A stretch of 64,000 bases of DNA from contig NC_087438.1 in NCBI RefSeq assembly GCF_036321535.1, forward strand, positions 2,172,001 through 2,236,000, read 5' to 3'. Shown here piece after piece: positions 38,560-52,113 of this stretch; the stretch's first letter is position 1; each line of letters begins with the position of its first letter. A program made the translations under genes and the position numbers. Below the pieces are notes generated by a model. That model was not told where the DNA came from. It did not search any database and saw only the letters and a program-made list of their open reading frames with translations. The DNA is from Camelus dromedarius (taxonomy: Eukaryota).

Positions 38560-41500
38560 ATATTTCTTTATAACAATCAGATATAATACAATAAATGTGA
38601 AAATCATATTCTGAAGATACTGGAGAGCTTTGAACACACTAGGAATAAGATGCTCTACATTCCCAGAGAGTGAAGGAGCTGCCCTGGTGACTTGATACAC
38701 ACTGTTTTCCCTTCCAGGAGCAACCCAGCCTGGGCCATGCAGAGGACTATGCTGGGGTAAAGAGAAACCTGTAGTGATTTGGTATCCACTGGAACAGAGT
38801 AGGTGGAACAATTTTTGGAGTTTACACAAGGCTGGGACCCTCATAATGAGCAGGATATTGGATGGATTGCTCAGGGATTATCACCTTAGTAATGGTGCTG
38901 ACTTAACATGGGAGCAACAGCTTCTCTGGACATAACTTAACCAAGCCTCAAAAATAAGACAAAACAAAACAAAACAACCCAATAACAAGCCTCAGCAAGA
39001 TCCAACTGATTCCATACTAAACTGAGTATCAGAATCAAACTCAACACTATTTAAGGGAATACAACAAAATCCAGCAATCCAAAAAAAAATAAAATAAAAA
39101 AAAGATGCACAATATCTGACACTCTAAAAACAATTACCAGACATACAAAGAAGCAGGAAGATGTGACTACTAGTTAGGAGACTAATTTATCAATTAAGCA
39201 AACTTGGAAATGGCACATGTGATGGAACAAGAAGACAAAGGTGTTGGAAACAGCTATAAAAATATAATCACATAAGTAAAGGAAAACATAAACATGATAG
39301 AGCAATAGAATGTCTCTAAAAGACACGTGGAAGTGTTGTAGACAGAAAAACTTCAGAATGAAAAATACAGGCTGGGTTGAAATACTAGCATAACAGACAA
39401 TGAAGAAGAAAAGACCATAAACTAGAAGACACAGAAACTAAAATATGAAGCAAAGAGACTAGAAAGACTGAAATAAAATGGACGTAGCAAAGGTAATCTG
39501 TGGGATGACAATATGAAGCATATATATATAGTCTCAGAAATAAGAAATAAGAAAAAATAAAGAAAAATACTTGAAAATAGAGTGGCCAAATTGTTCTACA
39601 TTTGATGAGAATCAAAATTCCACTGATCCAGTAATATTTATGAATCCTAAGAAAAATCAACCTAAGGAAAACCATGCCACAGAATATCATAATCAAAACC
39701 CTGGAATAGGAAATAAATCTCAAAAGCAACCAGAGGAGGGGAAAAAACACATTTCATTAAGAGGTGAAAACATAAGGAAAACTGCAGATTTTCCTACAGG
39801 AAAAAAAAAAAAAAGAAATCTGTGTGCCAGAGACAGTAAACATATATTTGGGACTTAAAAGAAAAAAATAAAAATCTGCCAACTGAAAATTCTTCAGCCA
39901 GCATAAACAGCTTTAATAAATAAAAGTGTAACAAAGATTAATTAAATAAGCAGAAGCTGGAAGAATTTATAAACAGCAGATATCCACAATAAAAAGTATT
40001 AAAATAATTTATCCAGGCAGAAGGAAAATGATTCCACACAGAAATGTGAATCTATGTAAAGTAATAAAGAGCACCAGAAAATTATTTAGATAAATATGCA
40101 TAGATAGCATATAGATGCATACATATGGCAGTCATTATTACATTTTAGTAAATATTAAAGATAATTAATAGTGCATGCCAGAAAAAAGTGTATTGTGATT
40201 ATACAGAATATGTGGAATTAAAATTGGTGACAAAAACAGCGCAAGAGACGGAGACTGTAAGTATTCAAGTTTCAGTCAACTTGAACTAGTTGATATTTAT
40301 AGGATACTTCACCAAGAAACAGCATAATATATATTTTTTCAAGTGTTATTTTACATTCACCAAGATATATCATATTCTTAGGGAAAAACAACCAAAAAAC
40401 TTTTAAATTTAAGAAGACTGAAATGAAGTAAAGTATGTCCTCTGACCACAATGCAATTAAACTAAAAATAAATAACAAAAGACATTTGAAAAAGAAATCC
40501 ACAAATATTTGAAAATTAAATAATGCAACAATATAAAATGGGTCAAAGAAAACATCTAAAGAGAAATTAGAAAATATTTAAAACAAAAAAAATGAAAAAG
40601 CAAGATATCAAATTTGTGGAACACAGCTATAGCAACAAATAGAGATAATTTTATAGCATTAAATGCTTATACCACAAAAATAAAAATTGTCTAAAACTGA
40701 TGACCTCAGTTTCCACCATAAATATCTTGAAAAAAAAAAAAGAGCAAATAAAACCCAAAGTTGTATAGCACGGGAACTATATTCAATACCTTGTAATAAC
40801 CTTTAATGAAAAAGAATATGAAAATGAATACGTGTTTGTATATGCATGAGTAGGGCATTGTGCTATATAACAAACTGATACATTGTAACTGACTATGCTT
40901 CAATTAAAAAAACAAAGTAAGCAGAAGAAAGAAGACAATAAAAATAAGAGCAGAAATCAATGAAGTAGAAAACATAAATAAATAGAAAAACTCAATGGAA
41001 TCAAATTTAATTCTTTGAAAACCAATAAAATGTTAATATATTTTGGCAAATCTGAAAGGAAGAAAATAATGTTACAAATCACCAATATTAAAAATGAAAG
41101 AGAAGATACCATTATAGACCCAACAGAAAAATAAAAGAATATTAGGAAATACTAGGAACAAATTTTTGCCTATAAATTTGACATCAAAGAATAAATGAAG
41201 AAACTTCTTGAAAAACATAAAATAACAAAGGTCACTCAAAAGAAATATATTATTTGAATAGTCCTATAATGATTAAATAAACTAAATGTGTATTTAAAAA
41301 CCATCCCATAAAGAAAATGTATGTTCAGGTGGCTACAGTAGTGAGTTACATCAAATATTAAAGGGAAAAAATACTGATCCCACACAACCGCACCTGTATT
41401 TGCTAAATGAACGTCTAGGTTAAAAAGACTGACAATACCAACAATTGGTTAGGATGCAGAGAAGCTATAATTCTCATAAATTTCTGGTGGAGATATAAAA

Positions 41501-42050
41501 TGGTACAGCCACTTGGGAAAATATTTCTTCTTTTTTTTTAATAAAATGTAATATAACATTTATCCAATGACCAAACAATTCTACTTTTACCTGTTTATTC
41601 AAGAAAAATAAAAGTGTATATCCACAAAAAAGGTATTTATGAATACTCACAGCAACTTTATTCAGAGTGCCCCCAAATTTAAAACAACTTTAATTAAAAA
41701 CAAATGTAATTTAACTGGTGAACAGATGAACAAATTGTGGTATACTCATATATCAAAATACTGGTCAATAACAAACAGACCAGGGTACTGTAATACAAGC
41801 AACATGAATGAATGTCAAATGCTTCATGCCCAGGGAGAACCACTACATGAAATTCTAGACAAAACTATAATGACACAAAGTCAATCATTGGTTTTCAAGA
41901 GCTGGAAGAAAGAGAAACGGATTTACTTAAGAAAGGCACAAGGCAATTTTGAAAGGTGATGGAAACATTCTACATCATGACTTCACTTAAAATTGGTGAA
42001 CTTTATTGAATTTATATTATTCCTCAATAAAGCTGACTTAGATGAAAGGT
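38560..42050 (+). mobile_element. Old fragmented LINE-1 (5' region, ORF1, ORF2 pieces, 3' end)
   Basis: A-rich + strand; ORF 39571-39858 resembles frameshifted ORF1 RRM/CTD sequence; 'tcctctgaccacaatgcaattaaacta' encodes the endonuclease SDHN motif; ends 'tattcctcaataaag'. Confidence 0.8.
40761..40912 (+). mobile_element. Short lineage-specific L1 3' tail inserted into an older L1
   Basis: 'gtatagcacgggaactatattcaataccttgtaataacc...cattgtaactgactatgcttcaattaaaaaaa'; 'caaagt' on both sides. Confidence 0.8.
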
Positions 42051-45000
42051 GAAATAAAATGCTTTTAGGCAAACATTGAGTAAATTCATTGTCAGCAGAC
42101 CTAAACAACAATGAAAACTAAAAAAGAAAATTTCTTTCAGCCATAGAAAAATAATTCCAAATGGGAACACAGTACTGCAGAAGGACTAAAGGGGACTGGG
42201 AAAGACAAATCTGTGGGAAAACATAGAAGAATGTTGAGTGTTTTACACAAAAATAATAATATTTTGTGGGTGGTTGATGTATAGAAAAGTAAAAATATGT
42301 GGTAAGGAATGAAAAAAATAAGGTATTGGTAAATGATGTTAAAACTGTTGAAATGTTCTCACATTGTTTAGGATGACATTTAAACAAAAACTAACTCAGG
42401 GATGCATATTGAAATCTCTAAAGCAACCCCTAAAAAAGTAATATAAGACTCTGTAAATTTATAGATATTAGAGGAGAATAAATGAAGCAGAAATACTTGA
42501 TTAAACCCCAAAGAAGAAAAAGAGGAATAAAGGGACAAACAGAGAGGATAATTAGAAATAAATAATGAGATGGTAGATGTAGGCCAAACTATATCAGTGA
42601 TTATTTTTAATATAAATATACTAGCTCCTACTTAAAAGAAAAAAATCTAGATTTAATAAAAAATAAATAAGAAACAGATATATGTTCTTTATCAAAAACA
42701 TGCACTCTAAATTAAGGACACAGTTATATGGACACTGAAAATGGAAGGAGGCATGTCATATATATTAAGGAAAATAAATTGATGCAGGGCTACTAAAAGT
42801 AGACAAAGGAAATTTCATGAAACAAAGTATTATGAGAGACAAATAGATGCACTTCCAAACAATAATAGGTCAGACTAACAGGAATGCACAACAATTTTAA
42901 ATTCCTTCTTTCTTAAAACCTTAGGTTCAAATTATTTAACACTAGAATTGGCAGAACTAAATTGAGAAAGGGGGAATACAGTATTTTGATTGGATATTTT
43001 GAACATATCTTTCTCATTAATTGCTACAAGACACATGGAAGTTTTTCCAAAATAGACCATATTCTAGGCCATAATGCAAGGATTGAAAACATACAGTTAG
43101 GCTACTTGAAAACAGTGGAAATAAACTAGAAATCAACTAATTAAAACATAACAAAGAAGTCCACGACTATTTATAAATTAAGAAACACTCTTCTAAATAA
43201 TGTAGAGAAGAATTCACAATGGAAAATTCAAATTATTTTTAATTGAAATATGTACAGCATTATCACAACTTTTTGGATGTGCTAAACTGGCAGTTAGAGA
43301 GAAATGGATAGTTTCAAATGCATATATAAGAAAAGATCACATGTATAAAATTAATGATGTAAGTTACCAACTAAAAAGTCTAGTATAGTATAGATAATTG
43401 CAGAATAAATGTGTCAGGAGTATGTAATGTACAGTGTGGGAATATAGTCAATAACTGTGATATCTTTGTGTGGTGACAGATCATGAATAGACTTACTGTG
43501 GTGATCATGTTGAAACATATAGAAATATCAAATCACTATGTCACATAATAGGAACTAATACAGTGATGTAGGTCAAATATACTTTGAAAACAAACAGCAA
43601 AGAAACTCATAGAAAAAGAGATCAAATTTGCAGTTACCAGAGACAGGAAGTGGTAGGAGGGGGAAGTGGATGAAGGCTGTCAAAAGACACAAACTTCCAG
43701 TTATAAAATAAATAAGTACTAGGCATGTAATGTTTAACACAAGAAATGTAATTTAATACTGCTCTGTGATATATATGGATATGGTGAAGAAAGTAAACCC
43801 TAAGAGTTCTCATCACAAGGACAACTTTTTTCTATTTCTTTAGTTTTGTATTTATATGAGATGATGGATGCTCACTAAACTTATGGTGATACTCATTTCA
43901 TGACATATGTAAGTCAAATCATTATGCTGCACACCTTAAATTTATACAGTGCTGTGTATCAAGTATATCTCAATAAAAATGGAAGGATGAATAAATTAAT
44001 GAGTTATCAAAACAGAAAACACAATTTACCAGAATAAAATAAATAATCGGAAAATAATAGTCCTATATTTATTTTCAATTCATCATATAATTTTGAAATC
44101 CCCAAAGAAAATGCTATATACTCAGATGTTCTCACTGCTAAATTCTTCTACTTATTTAAAAAGGAAATAATATCACATTTCTACAAACTTGTTTGGAAGA
44201 TAAAGAGAAAACACTCTGCAGCTTGTTTTTTGAGGCCAGCATAAGCCTGACACTAAAACTTGTCATAAACACTATTGGAAAAAAAATTAGAAGACAGTAT
44301 CTCTGATGAGCACAGATACAATAATGCTAAACAAAATATTAGCAAATTGAATTAAATAATATATAAAATGGACAATGCATAATGACCAAGTGAAGTTTAT
44401 TCCAAGAATGCAAGGTTGGCTTAATATTTGAACATCAAATAATGCAATTTGTCTTGTTAACAAAAAAGGAAAACAAAACTGAATATATGCAGAAAGCCAT
44501 TAGGTTTCATCACCCCTCCACAATAAAAAATAAAATAAAATGAAGTAAAGATATCTCACCAAACATAGAATAGAATGGAACTTTCTCAATTCAAAAGAAG
44601 AATCTATAAAACATCAACAGGCAATGTGATTCTTATTGGTAAATTATTAAACCCTTTTTTTCTGAGGTTGAGGAAGGGCAATGATGTCCACTCACCCTCA
44701 TAGTCAACATGATACTGGACACCCCAACCAGATCAATGATGAAAGGAAATAGAATGGAAATGTGCAAAGGTGAGAAGGCAGAAGCAAACTGCCATTTTTA
44801 TAGAAGCTTGATTGTATATGGAGAAAATACAAAAGGGTCTGCAGATAAACTATTGAAACTAAAAGGTGAGTTTCAGTAGGTTTGCTGAATACAAGGTTCA
44901 GCAAAACCCCATTGTATTTTTATATAGTAGTAACAAACAATTGGAAATTAAAACAAAATATAAAAAATAATCAAATATTTAAGAATAAGCCTACCAGAAT

Positions 45001-46400
45001 ACTGCAAGACCTCTGTATGTTTAAATTTAAAATATTGCTGAGAAATTAAGGAACATTTAAATAAATGGAGAGATATTCCACGATCTTGAGTGAGAAGTCT
45101 CAATTGTGTTCAGATGTCAGTTCTTCCTAAATTAATGAAATTCAGTACATTCAATACAATCACAATCAAAATCTCAGCAGGCATGTTTAAGAAAATTGAC
45201 AAGTTGATTCTAAAATTTATATACAGATGTAAAGTATCTTGAATACAATATAACATGAAAGAATAAAAATGCTAGTGAACTTATGCTAATAGGATTAGGC
45301 TTACCATAAACTCCGGGAATTAAGAGAGACTGTCTAGGGCTAGACAGATAGACGGCTAGCACAGAAACAGACGCACACGTGTGCAAGTCGCATGACTGAC
45401 AAAACCAGGCAGGGCGCATTTCAGTGGAGCGCGGACACCCTCCCCGCTAGAGTGCTGAAGCTGTTACACCTCCACGGGGGGAAAGGGGACATTGGTCCCT
45501 TTCTGGCACAATGTATAATATAATTTTATAAAAATCATAACACAAATTGTAAGGGCAAAATATTAAAACCTCATGAAGAAAACAAGAGATTACCTTTATG
45601 TCCTTGGGGTAGATCAGGGCTTCTTAAACAGGACACATACACACACAAATAATAAATGAAAATATTGGTAATTCAAATTTCGTTAAAATAAAAAACTTAT
45701 TTTCATCAAACACTCCAAGAAGGAGAATGAAAAGGCAGGCCACATACCAGGATAAGGTATTTGCAATCATACAGCAAAAGATGCGTATCCAGAATATATA
45801 AAAACACCTGCCAATCAGTAACAAAAACTACCAATTTTTAAACTGACACAAGACATGAACAGTGGTCACTTCCAGAAGAGACTGTTCAACGGCAAGTAAG
45901 CTATGAAAAGCTCCGTGTAATTAGGTGTCAGTGACAGTAACAGATACAAACCCACCAGAATGGTGAAAATAAAATTAAAACCAAGAATGCCAAGTATGCG
46001 CAAAAAGAGGAGCACCTGGCACTCCTGTACAATCTTGGCTGGAGTGTAAATTGCACACAGCCTTGGTCTGGCCGTGTCTGCCCAAGACGAACACGTACCT
46101 CCCAGAGCCCACTCCTGGATACACCCAGTAGAAACAAGTGAGTATGTGCACCGAAGTCGGGTACAACCCAACACCCTAACTGTACTTGCAACAACCCAAC
46201 CGGTATAAACAACCCAGTGTTCACCGGCTGTAGGGGAGATAAAGACGTGTTGTCATATGCATGCAATAAATATGTGAAGAATGAACTCCCCCTATCAGAT
46301 AGAGCAGACACTGACCGGAAGACAAACACGAGGGAGTGCACATTGTGTGGGTCCATTTATATGAAGTTCAAAGGGAGCTAAGGGTCAGAATCGCATGTTC
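42050..46400 (+). mobile_element. Second old fragmented LINE-1 (ORF1 end, ORF2 pieces, 3' region)
   Basis: 'aaaatagaccatattctaggccataa', 'tttattccaagaatgcaaggttggcttaatatt' (FIP.MQGW.NI), 'aaataaatggagagatattccacg' (NKWRDIP). Confidence 0.8.
43405..43990 (+). mobile_element. L1MA-like 3' UTR insertion
   Basis: 'gtaatgtacagtgtgggaatatagtcaataac...gttaccagag...aaacttccagttataaaataaataag...gagttctcatcacaagg...tatatctcaataaa'. Confidence 0.75.
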
Positions 46401-47034
46401 CACACTTGTTTTCACACAGAAATACCCAGTGCGTGGTAGGTCGTGTGTGTTCCTCGTGTGCTGGAGATGCCGTGTGGTTTCCCCAGGAAAGCCAAATAAT
46501 CCTTGAAGGAGGACTTCTACATTTTGGTGTTTTATAGATTCTGTGAAAATGAAGGAAAAAAGCTAACCCTATATTTCAGTTTAATTTTCTTATCTTATAA
46601 AACAGAATCCCAAATTTGAATAAAAGAACAGATTTGCCTTGTGGTCACTATTCTGCTCATCTGCCTTAGTCACTGAGACGGCCTGATGCTGACCGGTATT
46701 TCCTGGTAACTGAGCTTTGATTGCTGCACAAGACATGGCTGTGACGGGCAGAGACAGCTTTGAAGAAATAACGTCCTGGTGTTCCTTAGTGACCTGTGTT
46801 TGTGTGTTTCAACTATATTTCATTCATTCCCTTACCCGTTCATTCATTCATTCACTCAGCAGGTGTTGAGTGATGATGGTGGATTGTCCATTTTGTGCCG
46901 GGCGTCCATCCTTGGGGGTGAGGATGTCGCATATCGAGGTCCTTCCACTGACCAACAGCATCTACTTCTAGGTGACAATACTCATGTGACAACTGGGGAT
47001 GACACTGCCCATGGCAGACCTGAAAGCCAGTGCC

Positions 47035-47174
47035 AGGGAGAGGGTAGAGCTCAGAGGTAGAGCACGTGCTTAGCAGGCACGAAGTCCTGGTTTCTATCCC
47101 TAGTGCCTCCATTAAACAAACAAAAAACAAACAAAATCTTTTTTAAAAAAATTTGAGAGAAGAAAGGAAAGAAA
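47035..47174 (+). mobile_element. tRNA-derived SINE (camelid Vic-1-like) with TSD
   Basis: 'ggagagggtagagctcagaggtagagcacgtgcttagcaggcacgaagtcctggtttctatccctagtgcctcc' plus A-rich tail; degenerate A and B boxes; TSD tgaaagccagtgc (47021-47033) / tgaaagtcagtgc (47175-47187). Confidence 0.85.
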
Positions 47175-48050
47175 TGAAAGTCAGTGCTGTGATTTCATAC
47201 AAGGTTCTTTTATCCTGCAGACACACACACAGACCCCTTCCATCCTGTGGCTCAATCTTCCCTCATCCATCTCAAATCAGAAAGTTTTGTCCCCTGTCAA
47301 AAATATCCTCCAGTGAGAAATACTTGCCCAAATGATGTGCTGGGGGCAACCGGTACATGAGTCCAGGAGGACAGCTGGGAATACATGAGTAGCCTCGGCA
47401 GGGACCCCGGAACATGGCAGGAACCGTCCAAGGAGACGTCTTGAAAGGGCCACATATGTTCAGGAGCAGAAACTCAGCTTGTTGGTTAGAACTCATCTTC
47501 ATGACAGTGTTGTCACAGCCTAGATGTGGCCCATCACTTTTTAATGCATAAAAATGCTGGGCTTGCTCGCAGCAGGACCCAGCCTCGAAACAGCAGGCTC
47601 CACCAACGGCTGTGAGAACATCTCACTCGATAGGATGGCTAAGCGCCACGGTTTAATCTTCAGCATGAAAGTTTAAATTTTACAGACACCTGTTAAAATC
47701 TAATCACAGCACAAAGAAATTGCATTGACTAGAACTGCAATTTTTATGACAAAGAGTAGTATTATTCCTTCCATCTGGGGGAAAAATCAGCTAAATAAAC
47801 CACAATATTCAGATGGTGGGAAATTTTTAAATGACTGAAATACCCTAGTGCAGACAACGTGTGTTGTCTCGGTAGAGCAGGGCAGGGGGACACAGGGACC
47901 CCACCGTGCTCGTAACTGATTAAGTCGCGCCTTCTTGACCTCAGGACTCATGGGTTTGGATGCCCAATCTAACCCTGAATTCTGAACGTCTATGCCAAAA
48001 AACCTTGCAAATTGACTTGACAACCAGGCTGTATCAAAAATGAAAACGAA

Positions 48051-48195
48051 GGAGAGGGTAGAGCTCAGTGGTACAGCGCCTGCCTAGTATGGCTGAGGTC
48101 CTCGGTTCAATCCCCAGTGCCTCCATTAAAAATAAGTAAATAAATAAAAATCCAATTACTTCCCCCTCGAAATAATAAATAATAAAAAATTTAAT
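48051..48195 (+). mobile_element. tRNA-derived SINE (camelid Vic-1-like)
   Basis: A box 'agctcagtgg', B box 'ggttcaatccc', same body as the 47035 copy, (AAAT)n tail. Confidence 0.85.
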
Positions 48196-48724
48196 TAGAA
48201 CATAATGTGAATATTAATTACAAATCAGTTTTATTTCAAAAGTGCGAATCCGTACTTTAAGCACAAATGTTTAAAATCAGGGATTATTCAGATTGAAGGT
48301 GACTCTAAGTGATCTTGGTCTTGAGAGTAAGTGTCCCTGCTGTGATTTTGTGTGGGCTCTGTGTCCCTGCAGGCTCTCAAACAAAGCCTCATGCTGCACG
48401 AGCCATAAACAGCTCACCCACAACCCCGTCCTCATCACTCAGCTCCCATGACGTAATCACGAGAGGGTGGTGAACAGGCCGCTGCCCAAACAGCTGTCCT
48501 CTCAGCCCCTAGGACGGCAGTGATGGGTTTGCCCCTGCAGGGACCTGGAAAGCCTGTAACTGAACACTGCTGACCCCAAACATGGCAAAGCCCCGCTGCC
48601 CACTCAGTGCTGGGCAGCCCCAGTGGATGCTTTCTGCATTCACCTGGAAGCACCAAGAGAACCACTGGGGCAAGTCTAGCCTTATTAAGAGCTGAAAAAA
48701 TGTGAAGTTCTTGATATCTACTTC

Positions 48725-49300
48725 CAGGTGCCTCAAAAAGTTGAACACAGAATTGTCACACAATCCAGGACTTCAGTTGGTAAGTATGTGCCCCAAAGGC
48801 TTGAAACCATGTAATCAACTATTTGTACACAAATCCTTACAGCATTATTTACAATAGAGAAAATGTGGAAGCAACCCAAATGTCTATCAGCTGATGAAAG
48901 GATAAACAAAACATGATCTATCCACACAGTGGAATAGTACGTAGCTGTGAAAAGGAATGCCACACTGACACAGGCTACAAAGTAGATGAACCCCTGAAAC
49001 ATAATGTTAAGGGGAAGCAGCCAGACACAAAAGGGTACACATTACATGATCCCACTTCTGTAAAATGTCCAGCGTAGATAAATCCACAGAAACAGAAAGC
49101 AGATGAGTCATGACCGGGGGTTGGAGGACAGGAGAATGAGGAGAAACACTTAGTGAGGCTTTTATTCGGGGTGATGAAAAATGTTTTGGGACCTGATGTA
49201 GTCAGCGATCATACAACACAGTGAATGCACGAAATGCCACTGTATCACTCCCTTTTAAGTGGTTGGTCTTATGTTGTGTGGATTTCACTTCAATTACAAA
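48725..49300 (+). mobile_element. L1MB/L1MC-type 3' end
   Basis: 'cagcattatttacaatag...tggaagcaacccaaatgtctatcagctgatgaa.ggataaacaaa...gggtgatgaaaaatgttttgg...cacttcaatta'. Confidence 0.85.
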
Positions 49301-50254
49301 AGAAACCTGCTCAGGTGGAGAGCCTCCTCTGCCTTGGAGGCTGGCGGAGTCAGGCGGTGGGGGCTTCCAGCCTTCGCCGCCAAATACTGGCACCAGGTTG
49401 GCCTTGTCCTGGTCCTGGGCTGCTCCAGAATTTCGTTGTTGCTTGATTTGCTGCTTTCCATTTATGCCGTTGTTTTTGTTTCATGGAACCCAGAGGCTCC
49501 AGCAAACGCCAGCACTGGCTCCAGACAGCCGACCCTGACCCTGGCGGGCACGCGAGGGCACACGCCACTGCCTGCCCCGCGCGGACCCCAGGCCGCCTTT
49601 CAGTGGGACGTGCGTGTCTGTGGGCATGGAGGGTGGGAGCAGCGTATCCAAGCCGGGGTGAGAACAAGCCGAGGGCAAGACGTCGTAGCACAGGAGGGTC
49701 CCGCCCACGCTGAGAAGCTGATGGAACTCAAACTTCACTCTGCAGATAGTCACCCAGACGGGCGGTGTCTCCTAACGCCCAGAGTGAATGCCGGGGGCGC
49801 CCTGCACTGTGGGGCCAGGGTCAGGGACAGCTCCATCCTTTGCTCGTATGTTTGGACAGACAGCCCAGCATCCTTGAATCTGGGAACAGCCTCTCGGTGG
49901 GAATTACTGTGGGCTTGCTCAGACCGACAAGGTGAGCTTTGTCCTGAAGTGAGTCTTGGCAGGGCCCGGCCTTCCCTGGGCAGGATCGCGGAGACCACCC
50001 CGGCAGGACGTGGGATGAATGGTGCGGGGACAGAGCCCTCAGGGCCCTCCCGCCAGCTGCCCTCGCCCCCCTCAGCCGTAGCACTGGGCTGTGGCCACAA
50101 AGCTCTTCATCCCAGCAGCTCGGGCTGCGCGGGCCGGTGTGTGCCGCCGGCCACCACCTCCAGCAGAGTCGGGCGTGTCAGGCCCGTCTGTGTCCTGTGC
50201 CCGCCACAGGCACATGTGCTGGCCCTGCTGCGGTCCACTGCCCCCCGCCCTGTC

Positions 50255-50610
50255 TTTTTTTTTATTGAAGTATAGTTGCTTTACAAAGCTGTGTTAGTTT
50301 CAGGTGGCTGGCAAGGTGATTCAGTTCTACATATACATACACACACGTATATATTTCTTAAGATTCTTTTCCATTATGAGTTATTACAAGGTACTGAATA
50401 CAGTCCCCCGTGCTCTACGGTAGGTCCTTGTTCATCTATCTTACACACAGTGCTGTGTGTCCGTTAATCCCAGACTCCTAATTTATCCCTCCCCACCCTT
50501 CCCGTTTGGTAACGGTAAGTTTGTTTCCTATGTCTGAGTTTTTCTGTTTTGTAAGTAAGTACATTTGTGTCATTTTTCAGATCCCACGTAGAAGTGATGT
50601 CGTATTGTCA
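50255..50610 (-). mobile_element. 5'-truncated artiodactyl/camelid-type L1 3' UTR
   Basis: 'ttttttattgaagtatagttgctttaca...gtgattcagtt...ttattacaag...tttggtaac...cagatcccac'. Confidence 0.85.
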
Positions 50611-51679
50611 CCACCCCTACCCGGTTAGCATGAATGGCATTTGGCAGCGCAGACGTCAGAGCCCCCACCCCGTCTACAACCCCCCACCTCCCTCCCCTCT
50701 CCTGGGGCTCCAGGCCGGCTCTTCCCCCGCATTATCCACTCAAGCCCTCCAGCCCATCGACTGTCCTGCGATCGATGTGCTTGGTCCTGGGGGAGGGAGA
50801 GCCCTGAGAAGCCCTGCACAGCTGAAGCCCCCCGCGAGCAGGCACTTAAGATGAAGACTGTATAATTAAGTGGAAACTTGCTCTCAGCTCCCAGGGCGTG
50901 GGGACCCTCTCATTAGCCGGAAGGAGTGCCCTGATTGGCCACTCTGGTCAGGCCTCTGGTGGCCCCTGTGTCTCTGCTCTGGAAGGAGAGTGGTCGGAGC
51001 CGGTTTGCCAAATGTTATCGTTTTAAAAGCCGTGAAAGAGAGGGAGCTGGCCTAGGGGTATACACAGCCCCATATGCCGGCGACAGCGGTACAAGTGTAA
51101 TTCTAGACTGCTAGAGTGACACACACGGTCACTTCTGCCCCAGAACATGAGACAGCTGAGAGGGAGATGCAGGGCAGGCTGTCACATAAGGAAATTTCCA
51201 GAAATCTGTTAACCCCAGCTCAGACCCAGTGAATACTTCATTGCTTAACACTGAGAAAAAGTATATTTATTAACTAGACAGACAGGGCCGGGAGGCTGGG
51301 CGGGTGAAATGTTGGAGGAGGAACCTGTGCCTGAGCCCCGCAGGGAAAGCCGCAGGCGCGTTGGGAACAGGGCAGAGGGGAGGGCGAGCCTCCAGGAAGT
51401 GTGCGGGACTGAAAACCACAGGGGCCGGGCAGCGGGACTCCAGGATCACCCCCATCACCTGTCATTAAAGGACACTTGGGGGATTCACGTCGTGGTGTCT
51501 TGTGCTGAGAAACCAAGTACTCCCAGAGATGGAGGGAGACAGAGTTGCTTTACAGATGAAAAGTGGAAAGCCATGCTCTGTATTGGACTTTGACCAGTTT
51601 TAATCACAATAAAGTGAAGACAGTTTTTCTTCTGGAGAAAAATGGGAAACAAAGTGTGATTTCATGTTTCTTCTGTAGA

Positions 51680-51811
51680 GTAGCCTATAGTGGAAAAGAA
51701 CCTGGAAACGAATATAACACGTAGGTGTACGACCGGAGTGTCGTGCTGTGCACCAGAAACTGACACACTGTAGTCTAGCCATGCGCCAATAAAATAAAAA
51801 TAAATTTAAAA
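51680..51811 (+). mobile_element. Short L1 3' tail
   Basis: 'cctatagtggaaaagaa...gctgtgcaccagaaactgacacactgta...caataaaataaaaataaa'. Confidence 0.7.
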
Positions 51812-51822
51812 AAAGTGTGATT

Positions 51823-52113
51823 AGACTCATAGACATAGAATACAGACTTGTGGTTGCCAAGGGGGCGGGGGGTGGGAAGGGACAGACTGGGATTTCAAAC
51901 TGTAGAACAGATAAACAAGATTGCACTGTGTAGCACAGGGAAACATATACAGGCTCTTGTGGTCGCTCACAGCGAAAAAATATGTGACAACGAGTATATG
52001 TATGTTCATGTATAACTGAAAAATTGTGCTCTACACTGGAATTTGACACAACATTGTAAAATGACTGTAACTCAATTAAAAAAAAGTTAAAGAAAATTTA
52101 AAAATAAATTAAA
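51823..52113 (+). mobile_element. Camelid-type L1 3' UTR with A-rich tail
   Basis: 'agactcatagacatagaatacagacttgtggttgccaagggg...tagcacagggaa...tgtgctctacactggaatttgacacaacattgtaaaatgact..aactcaat'. Confidence 0.85.

Noticed and set aside
47035..48125. tRNA genes
   Set aside because: A and B boxes are present, but both copies have SINE bodies and A-rich tails (one with a TSD), and no convincing cloverleaf
49259..50275. Longest ORF in the window (338 aa)
   Set aside because: Starts in one L1 3' end and ends in another; low-information GC-rich translation with no domain; non-ATG start
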